IMG/VR virus record: IMGVR_UViG_3300002307_000041 | Location: 21,096-85,095 of that record | DNA from: a virus | Lineage: Duplodnaviria > Caudoviricetes | Direction: 5' to 3' (one strand) | Length of the DNA: 64,000 nucleotides | Shown: positions 24,066 to 33,200 of the stretch, one piece after another | Layout: each line of letters starts with the position of its first letter | Numbering within the stretch: the stretch's first letter is position 1 | The notes under the pieces: model-generated | What the model saw: the letters and a program-made list of their open reading frames with translations, nothing else | What the model was told of the DNA's origin: nothing | Database searches by the model: none | Program-made: the position numbers and the translations under genes

Positions 24066-24094
24066 TTGACAAATTCTGCAGCCTATGCTACATT
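24066..24094 (+). promoter_or_regulatory. Sigma70-type promoter
   Basis: TTGACA-17 nt-TACATT with TGC upstream of the -10. Confidence 0.65.
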
Positions 24095-24111
24095 TAACAT
24101 AGGAGATAAGC

Positions 24112-24609
24112 ATGATTCCAGTTACTTACAAATATACTAGCACTAAAGAATATCACGACGCTTTTCCTTGCGCTTACCGCCAATGGAGAGCAGACAGCCA
24201 TTGTAATCTAATACACGGGTATAGTTTCAGTATGAAGTTTTATTTTGGAACTGATAATCTAGATGTACGAAATTGGGCTGCTGATTACGGCGGGTTAAAA
24301 GAACTCAAGAAGAACTTAGAAGACCAATTTGATCATACGTTGCTCGTAGCAGAAGATGACCCCGAACTAGAAACATTTAAGTTGCTGCAAGAAAGACACA
24401 TGGCAAAACTAACTATCCTCCCTAAGCTAGGATGTGAGGGACTTGCAGATGCTCTTTACAAATATGTAAACGGTGTTTATATTCCAGATATGTGGGGTCC
24501 TGGTGAAGCTGATCGCCTCTGGTGTTATAGAATAGAGGTTCGCGAAACACAAGCTAACATGGCATTCCGTGAGGGACATCGTGAATGGAATGAAGACCTT
24601 TTCGAATAA
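24112..24609 (+). CDS. queD: 6-carboxytetrahydropterin synthase / PTPS (QueD-like)
   Basis: HCNLIHGY, DYGGLK, QFDHTLL, EVRET T-fold motifs. Confidence 0.88.
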   Translation: MIPVTYKYTSTKEYHDAFPCAYRQWRADSHCNLIHGYSFSMKFYFGTDNLDVRNWAADYGGLKELKKNLEDQFDHTLLVAEDDPELETFKLLQERHMAKLTILPKLGCEGLADALYKYVNGVYIPDMWGPGEADRLWCYRIEVRETQANMAFREGHREWNEDLFE

Positions 24610-24766
24610 GGCGTGGCGCTTATGGGCAAAGGCTCTAGGCGAAAAAACTGGAAATACGGATGCAGAAGCCGATCTTATAGCTTGCATCCGTACTACAGTT
24701 GTGCTAATATACATAATAACAAACTTCTTTATTATAGCAGGCATCATAAGGCATTGGAATGGTTAA
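24590..24766 (+). CDS. Small conserved T4-like-phage membrane protein
   Basis: WRLWAKALGEK...EAD..A.IRT...TNFFIIAGIIRHW. Confidence 0.75.
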   Translation: MKTFSNKAWRLWAKALGEKTGNTDAEADLIACIRTTVVLIYIITNFFIIAGIIRHWNG

Positions 24767-25769
24767 TCGTATAGGTTTTGCGTGTAAGTGGTCCGAACTA
24801 GGCCCAAAAGGTATAGTTAGTGTACCTGAACTTAACAACAGCACTACGACTGTAGCTTGGCTTAAACGTCAAACTCAGCAAGTAGCTGAACAAAAGTTAT
24901 GGGATCTTATGACCCATAACATCGACGCGGTACATAACCTTGTAAAGAAAGTTGGAGGATTAGATGAACAGTTTAGGATGGTTCGAATTGGGAGCGATGT
25001 GCTTCCTGTATATACAGAGCCAAGTTTTGGTTATTTCTACAATCAACCAGGTGTACGAAACTATGCTGAAAGAAAACTTGCTGAAGTTGGACGAGTGGCT
25101 CGTCTTCTTGATGTGCGTCTCAGTTTTCATCCTGGCCAGTTCACAGTGTTGGCAAGTGATCGCCCAGATGTTGTTGAACGCTCACTAGAAGAGTTTGAAT
25201 ATCACGTAGACATGATCCGTTGGATGGGCTACGGCGTAAAGTTCCAAGATTTTAAATGTAATGTGCATATCGCTGGTAAGCAAGGCCATGAAGGCATACG
25301 AAAGGTATTAGGTCGGCTGAGTCCTGAGGCTCGTAATACCATAACTATCGAAAATGAGGAGAATAAACATGGACTTGATGATTGTCTTGCTATTGCTGAT
25401 TGCGTTCCTATCGTTCTTGATATCCATCATCATTTTATCAAGACAGGGGAATACATTTCACCCGAAGATGACCGCACGAGATTGGTGGTGGACAGCTGGC
25501 GCGGTGTACGGCCTACTTTACATTATTCTGTCAGCCGTGAGGCTGACCTGGTTGGCCATCCACTAGACGTCCTTCCAGATATGGATGTATTGTTAGCGCA
25601 GGGGTACCGTAAACAAAAATTAAGAGCTCACAGCAATTTTATGTGGAATACTGCGGTAAATGAATGGGCATTAGGGTTTTGGGATAATTTTGATATAATG
25701 GTGGAGAGTAAGGCAAAGAACTTATCTAGTTTCGAACTATACAAGTTCTGGAAAGGCCTTGAAAAATAA
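24759..25769 (+). CDS. uvsE: UV-damage endonuclease (UVDE)
   Basis: RIGFACK, RLSFHPGQFTVLAS, NVHIAG, TIENEE, VLDIHHH, HYS, AHS, MVESKAK. Confidence 0.93.
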   Translation: MVNRIGFACKWSELGPKGIVSVPELNNSTTTVAWLKRQTQQVAEQKLWDLMTHNIDAVHNLVKKVGGLDEQFRMVRIGSDVLPVYTEPSFGYFYNQPGVRNYAERKLAEVGRVARLLDVRLSFHPGQFTVLASDRPDVVERSLEEFEYHVDMIRWMGYGVKFQDFKCNVHIAGKQGHEGIRKVLGRLSPEARNTITIENEENKHGLDDCLAIADCVPIVLDIHHHFIKTGEYISPEDDRTRLVVDSWRGVRPTLHYSVSREADLVGHPLDVLPDMDVLLAQGYRKQKLRAHSNFMWNTAVNEWALGFWDNFDIMVESKAKNLSSFELYKFWKGLEK

Positions 25770-26372
25770 ATGACTACGATTTTTTAATTTAAAACAAACA
25801 CCTCTACCAATACTTAATTGAAGTGATACACTATCAGCTGAAAAACCTTCATTCATCAAATTAATTGCCTCTTTATATAAATCATAATTAGGAAGATTCT
25901 TAGTCCTAATAATTGATAATTGTCTTTCTTTGGAACAAGGTATTTTTTTTCCATACATTGGATTATTATTACCTTGTTTAGATAAAGAAAGATTATAACA
26001 CCATGTATCTGTACGAGGAATTCCTTTTAATCCTCTACTTCGTTTATTAAGAGTTTCTATTGAAGGTTTCCAGCCTTTTCGACTCGGTGGACGAGATCCT
26101 AAAGCAATGTTAGTTAGATTATCTAACCCTATTGACTCTGTAAGTTGATCTTCGTATTCATAAGCAGCGATTTCGTCATCAAAATATCTTACAATATCCA
26201 CAATAGGTTCTAACCCTTGTTGATGTAATTTTTTAATAAATCTATCTTTATAGGGATTTTTATTTCCGTCTTTGAATTTGTTATGTGTATAGGCTCTTTC
26301 ACCTGATCCTTTACCTATGTAGAAAGTTTGATTTGAATTAGGATCAATAAGTTGATAGACATAGTATTTCAT
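25737..26372 (-). CDS. GIY-YIG (LEM-3-like) homing endonuclease with NUMOD3-like DNA-binding part
   Basis: YYVYQLIDP...FYIGKGSGER; E in AYEYE; GNNNPMYGK. Confidence 0.88.
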   Translation of the reverse strand: MKYYVYQLIDPNSNQTFYIGKGSGERAYTHNKFKDGNKNPYKDRFIKKLHQQGLEPIVDIVRYFDDEIAAYEYEDQLTESIGLDNLTNIALGSRPPSRKGWKPSIETLNKRSRGLKGIPRTDTWCYNLSLSKQGNNNPMYGKKIPCSKERQLSIIRTKNLPNYDLYKEAINLMNEGFSADSVSLQLSIGRGVCFKLKNRSHLFFKAFPELV

Positions 26373-26411
26373 ATGTATATTTATATCTTTTAATGAATGT
26401 TAAACACAAAG

Positions 26412-26436
26412 AAATAGGGCCTTTAAGGCCCTATTT
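26412..26436. terminator. Terminator hairpin
   Basis: AAATAGGGCC/GGCCCTATTT. Confidence 0.75.
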
Positions 26437-26457
26437 TGTATAAGAACTTAGCTAGTA

Positions 26458-26790
26458 TTAAACTGATTTCTTAGGGCGACCGCCCTTCTTAACAACAGCC
26501 TTAACATCTGCAATATCGATCTTACCGTCACCGTTAACATCAGCTGCTTTCTTAGCAGCTGCCTTAGCCTTTGTAGCAGCCTTCTTAACTTCAGCAACTA
26601 CAACTTCTTCAACCTTAGCAACTTCTGCCTTAACTTCAGCAACTACAACTTCTTCAACCTTAGCAACTTCTGCTTTAGCTTCAGCCTTTACTTCAGCAAC
26701 GGCCTCCTGTACTGTTTCCTTCTTAGTAAACATTTTATACAGAACATATCCTGCTATTGATACTACTACTACACCTATGATAGTTTCCAT
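26458..26790 (-). CDS. Small membrane-anchored Ala/Lys/Glu/Val-rich protein with EF-hand-like loop
   Basis: N-terminal TM; KAEVAKVEEVVVAEV repeats; DVNGDGKIDIAD; KKGGRPKK. Confidence 0.75.
   Translation of the reverse strand: METIIGVVVVSIAGYVLYKMFTKKETVQEAVAEVKAEAKAEVAKVEEVVVAEVKAEVAKVEEVVVAEVKKAATKAKAAAKKAADVNGDGKIDIADVKAVVKKGGRPKKSV
26584..26673 (-). repeat. Perfect 45-bp tandem duplication inside the 26458-26790 ORF
   Basis: 26584-26628 is identical to 26629-26673. Confidence 0.93.
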
Positions 26791-26879
26791 TTTTATCTTC
26801 TCCTTTTAGGGCATTTTATTTAGTGATAAATATTGTGTGGCAAAAAAAATCTTTCCATGCTCTTAGAATAAATATCATT

Positions 26880-27224
26880 ATGATTATAAATGTTACAGAT
26901 TCAGCTAAAACTCATATCGTAAACGTTCTCAAGAACATGGACAAACCCTATCTAATTTTTGGATTAAAGGGTGGCGGATGTGCTGGTTTCGAATATTTTT
27001 GGGAACCAGCAGATCAGGAATTATACGAAAAAAATGGCACACCCGATAGAGATGAATTTATCGAGCTAAATGATGACAAGAAACTAGTAATAGACTGCAC
27101 TAGTTTAGTCTACTTGTTTGGTAGCACTATTGATTACAAAAGCGATTTTGTTAGTAGTAGTTTAGTTGTAGATAACCCAAATGCCAAATCTAGCTGCGGT
27201 TGCGGCACTAGCATTGCTGTATAA
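26880..27224 (+). CDS. iscA: A-type Fe-S cluster carrier (IscA/ErpA/HesB)
   Basis: INVTDSA, GGGCAGFEY, GSTIDY, NPNAKSSCGCGTS. Confidence 0.93.
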   Translation: MIINVTDSAKTHIVNVLKNMDKPYLIFGLKGGGCAGFEYFWEPADQELYEKNGTPDRDEFIELNDDKKLVIDCTSLVYLFGSTIDYKSDFVSSSLVVDNPNAKSSCGCGTSIAV

Positions 27225-27239
27225 TAGGATGGAACTGAA

Positions 27240-30200
27240 ATGGTAAAAAAGATAATAGACGTAGGTATCGTAGGCAATGATGCTACTGGTGATCCAATCA
27301 GAGATGCTTTTACTAAAACTAATGAGAACTTTACAGAACTATATGCTGCATTAGGAAATAGTGGCGGATTGACTTTCACTGGATTATTACAAACTCCTGA
27401 TACGTTAGTTCCAAATGATATACTAATAACTAATCCTACAGGAACAGCATTGCTACAAAAAGCTCTAGTAGCAGGATACGGATTGTCTATAGACAATACT
27501 GATCCATCTAGAATAGTTCTTACTAATTCCGGAGCTACTGTAGTATCTGATCATAGCCCAGCCCTCGGCGGGAATTTAGATTCTAGAGCAAACATTATCT
27601 ACAATTTACCAGATCCTACAAATTATGATACTTTACAGTCGCAATTAGGGTTAAGTAATCAAGATGGGTTTGCCATCTCAAAGAGCTATGGCGATCGTAA
27701 TTACGTTGCATTAAAAGGATCACCTCTAGTTAATATTGTTAATTTCATTGAAGGACAATATTATGCTATCGCAGCTCTAGGAACAACCACGAATACACAA
27801 TGGAATATTATTGCAGGCACTACTGGTGTTACATATGCAGTTGGTAGTAATTTTATTGCTAGAGTAGTTGGGGCCGGCTACGGTACTGGTACTGCTTACA
27901 ATGCAATGAGTGGCTATTTAAGTGTGCCCCCGGGTGCTACAGTTACCCAAGTACCTCAACGCCAAGAAGTAGTTGGAAGAGCAGGTGATACTATGACTGG
28001 TCCTCTTGTTCTTTCAGGAGATCCGGCGATTGATGCAAATCCTAATACTGCTGCAACTAAAAATTATGTAGATAGCACAGCATTCGCAAGCCAAGCTGAT
28101 TATTTTGTTAGCACATACGGGGACGATTATCAACCTTTAATAGCAGAAAATAAGAAAGGAAGAGCACTAGCGTATTCTTTTAAAACTATTGCAAGAGCAC
28201 TAGCAGCTGCTGAAAAATCTCAAGCAGCATCTGGAACAGAACTAGGTCCTTACTCTAAAGAAGTAGTATATACTTCAAATTTACAAACCTACCCGTCTAC
28301 TGTATATGCAGTAACTCAAGTGGGATCATCTATCGAATATTATCTAGATATTACACATAGTGGCGGCGGTACTGACCCTAGAAAAGGTAGCAATCCAGAT
28401 ATACGTTCCGGATTGTTGTTTAGGGGGATTAGCAGTAATGCCATTGCTGTTATCGATTATGTTGGTGGTATCTCTACTGCTCCTAATATAGAACGTTATA
28501 ATATACACTATATAGGCCCAACTCGATTTATATTGGGAGAAAATCTAGAATATGGAGATCCTGTAAAAAAATCTCAAATAACAATACACGTAGAAAGTGG
28601 CGAATATTATGAACACTATCCGTTGCGTGTCTCAGAGAACGTTTCTCTAGTAGGCGACGAAATGAGGCGTGTTATAATACGACCAAAAGCCTTTATAAGT
28701 GCCAGTAAGTGGGCTAACATATATTTCCGAAGAGATATAACATTTGATTCAGTTTCTCCAATACAATTAGCTACTGCAATTTCTGTTGGTAGTTTTACTA
28801 CTGGATTGACATATACTATTGCATCGCTTGGATCTACTAGCAATGCCCAATGGAACACTATTGCAGGAACAGTTGGAATAACTTATATTGTAGGTAGTAG
28901 TTTCCTTGCTGCTGACGCAGGGGTCGGATTAGGCGACGGCACAGCATATTGTGTATACGGATATAATTACTTAACTGATCCTAGCAGATCCTTATATAAT
29001 AGGACTATATCAAATAGTGGATCTTTTAATAATGCACAAAAGATATTATATGCTAACAAGGCTTTTATAACCGCAGAAGCACTTGGATATCTAGATAATA
29101 ATTTTAATGCGGTAATAACTGCATCTGATTCTAGCACAAACAGTTTTACTTGCTTGTCTAATACTAATCTTAACATTGGTATGCCAATACGATTTTCACC
29201 GTTTACTACATATGTAACCGCTACTAGCGCAGCTAATAATCATATAACTGTAGGATCCACTGATGGATTAATCTTAGGACAACCTATACAATTTTCAGGG
29301 GTATCTTTGGGTGGATTAGTTCTCAATAATACCTACTATGTGTTATCTATAGTAGATTCAACTAATATCACAATAAGCAATGTTTATCCTGGAGTAATAC
29401 ATCCAGTGTTAACAGATGCTGGATTTGCAACATTAACATCATTTAATGCAACGTTTGGAGGCATAAGTTCATCTGTTACCTATTATGTACTAGGATTAAT
29501 TGGTAATACACAATTTACTATATCGAGTACTATCAGTGGAACTACTCCAGGTAGCATAGTAAATCTAACTACATCTCTAGTTGGAAACAGTACTATGCAA
29601 GGAAAATTCTATCGTGCTGATAGCGATTATGCAACTACTGTGGGAAATTTAGTAGATGCTATTGGATTTGATCTGCTATATGGAGATTACACAAAGACAT
29701 TAGAATTTGGCATAGAATTTTATTCCAGTCCTGTTGGTCTAGTAGATGTAGGTTATAGATTAACCCAGACATCCGATTTAGTTGCTTACATAGGAGCACT
29801 AGTTAATTATGTAATAGCACAAACACCTGTTCCTCTGAGTTATCAACACACAGCATCTTCTGTAACACAATTACGCAATTTTATAAACATTGCAGAATCA
29901 GGATTTGGAACAGCAGTAAACGGATTGATACAGTTAGCATCTGATATTGTTAACCAAGATGTTTCTTTTAACTTTCCCAAATACAATAATAAAATGGATA
30001 TGTTCTTGCTGAACAATGCTGCTATTACTAGATTCTTTACCGCACAAGGACACGGTGGATTCGTTGGAGTATTAGATCCAGAAGGACAGATATTAACTAA
30101 GTCGCCGTTTATAGAAATAGCGGCTAGTTTTTCTCAAAGTACAAATTCCCAAGCATTTGCTGGTGGCATATTTGTTGATGGATTTTCAGGAAACCTAAGC

Positions 30201-33200
30201 TGTGTAATAACCCAAAATATAGATACACAAACTTATTCAGTTTCGTCTAGTGCATTTAAAATAAGGCAACCACAAACTCCTTGTTCTTTCTATGTTAAAG
30301 GAATTAGATTTGAGGTAGATTATATAAGCGAGTTTGATCCAGTATCAGGAACATTAAATCTACACCTAAATAGCGCAACTGTTGATAATGTTTTATATAC
30401 TAATTTCAATACCGATAGTTTATTAACTAACGGACTGTATATTGAATTAATAGGTGCTGGTAATAGATCTATTGTAACTACCCATTTTACTAATATTAAC
30501 GATCTTGGATATGGTATAGTTGCTACAAATAATGGACTTATCGAAGCAGTGAGCTTGTTTACCTACTACTGTTACAGAGCAATTTATGCAGTTAACGGAG
30601 CGCAGATAAGGAGTCTAAACGGTAGTAATTCGTATGGTGTATATGGTATAACAGCAGAAGCAAGTGATCCTACAGAAATACCATCAGTTACTAATCTCTA
30701 CTATCCGATGGCACAGACTGCAACTATATACAAAAAATTAGGCTATAGTACATCTGGGGTTAGTGGTGACCTTCTAGTTTACATAACCAATTATCAATAT
30801 CTTCCATTTAATATATCTGAACTAGAAATAGACCATAATGGTATTGTTACGTTATATCAGATTACTACAGTTAAACAAGTAACTGATGTACCAAATGTTG
30901 CACAATTAACTTTAGGATCAAATAGCAATTCAATAGTATCAATTAATATTTCAAATACAGGATTAGCTGTATCAGTTACCGACGGGCAACCTGTAATAGT
31001 TAGAAGCTTGCAGAATTTTAGATTTAACAATGTGCTAAACACTAATCCTATTAGGCCCAGCACTGCTCTTCTATTTGATAACGATTTTGATATTTATAGG
31101 GTACTAAGCTATAGTACTGTAGGATTACCAATACAACAAGCTGTATTAACTACTAGTACTTCATACAATTACATCAAGGTATTAGTTGATTCTAATGCTG
31201 GCATGACTGCTGGATCTGGACGAGCAGGAGATACTACATTTTATTGCAGTTCTAATTTAACAGCCAATGAAAAATCAAGGCTAGTAGGAAAGCTATTTGG
31301 CTGGGGTTCCAGCATGCATACTATTATTGGGTTTGAAGACACTACAGTAACTGGGCAATCGTATTGCCGAGTAACTATAGATACTCCTCTTACTAAATCA
31401 TTATTAAGCGGGCAAGGAAATATACCGATTACTAGTTATTCTAGAAATTCTAGTGGTGTAGTTACGATTACTGCTACTGCTCACGGGTTAACTAGTCTAA
31501 ATAATGTAGTTATTAGCGGTACAAATGAAATCGATACGGTCGGATTATTTGTTAATATAACCTATCTAACCCCAGACACCTTTAGTTACCAAACTAGCAC
31601 ACTAACTCCAGTTACCGGAACGGGCGGATATATATCTGGATTAAGCCAAATTGATCTTAGATCCGGAATGGATAATAAACAAAATATCAAAATTGCTAAC
31701 GTATCTAGAAATGGAAATGTCGCTTATGTAACTACTACATATCCGCATTATCTAAACACAGGTAATACTGTTAATATCAAAGGAGTGACTATTACTAGTA
31801 ATAGTAATCCAGGATTTAACGCAACCAATGCTGTTATTACTTCTATCGATGACTATAATTTTTCTTATTCAAATTCAGGAGCTAATCTTGCTAGTAACAC
31901 AGCTATCACTGGTATTATATATAGCACTACTGCATTCTCTATAAATTCCATTAGCAGATCTAATAGTTTATCAATTTCAACAGTAACTACTAGTAGTAAC
32001 CACGGATTGAGCATTGGAGACACAGTAAACATAGTAAACACTGATTTTGTGTTAACCGTTTCTAGTACAAGCAGTGTAACAAATGCTATTACTATAACAA
32101 ACAGTGCTAGTGAAGGCGGAAATACATATACTACTTCTAACACTACTACTGGGTTAATAGTAGGCATGCCAATAGTATTCAGCGGCAGTGGATTGCTCGG
32201 AACTAACATAGCAGTCGGTACAACATATTATATAAAAACTATAGCTAGTTCCAATAGCATAACAATTAGTGCTACTCCACCATCTGGAGCATTTACTACG
32301 TTCCTCTTAGCTACTATCAGCGGAGCGTCTGGAAATGCAGCTGCTGGATGGGGATTCGGAACACTTAATGTAGATATCCTCACTGTCCCTTCTACAAATA
32401 AATTTACCTATAAAAATGCCGGAACTGAGCTGTCAACTACTGCATTTACTGGACCTAGCATAGCTAACGCATATTTCATTGATCCTACATTAGCTAGGGT
32501 TACTATATACATCTCATTAACAAGGTGTACAGGCCATGACTTCCTATCTATAGGAACAGGCGGATTTGCTGATACTAATTATCCAAACAACATTTATGGT
32601 GCATCAGTAAACAGAAATCAAACAGTTAACGAAGTTACAGAAATAGGTAACGGTAGGTGTTTCTATGTAAGTACCGATCAAGACGGTAATTTCAAAGTTG
32701 GACCATTCTTTAGCGTAGACCAAGGTACTGGTATTGTTAAATTTGCTTCTAGCATCGTGTTAACTAATCTAGACGGCTTAGGGTTTAAACGAGGTGTTGC
32801 TATTTCATCATTTAATGCAGATGATACTATGGCAGACGATGCTATTGACGCTGTTCCAACACAATCAGCAGTCGTAGGGTATATTAATCGAAGACTAGGA
32901 ATAAATGCTGTTGGTTCTATCTTAACATTTGATAAAATCGGACCAGGATTTTTACCGTTAGACGGATCTGTACCATTTAGTGGCACATTAGACATGTCGA
33001 GCCATAAAATTATCAATGTTACATCTCCAACAAGTGACAGCGATGCTGCCAACCGAGGATTTGTTAATAGTTCTATTGCTAATCTATTATCTAAGTCAGG
33101 CGGTACTATGTCTGGCAACATCAACATGGGAGGAAATAATCTCACTAGTGTTGGCGGAATAGATATGTCTAGTAATAAAATAACTAGCCTAGCAAGCCCA

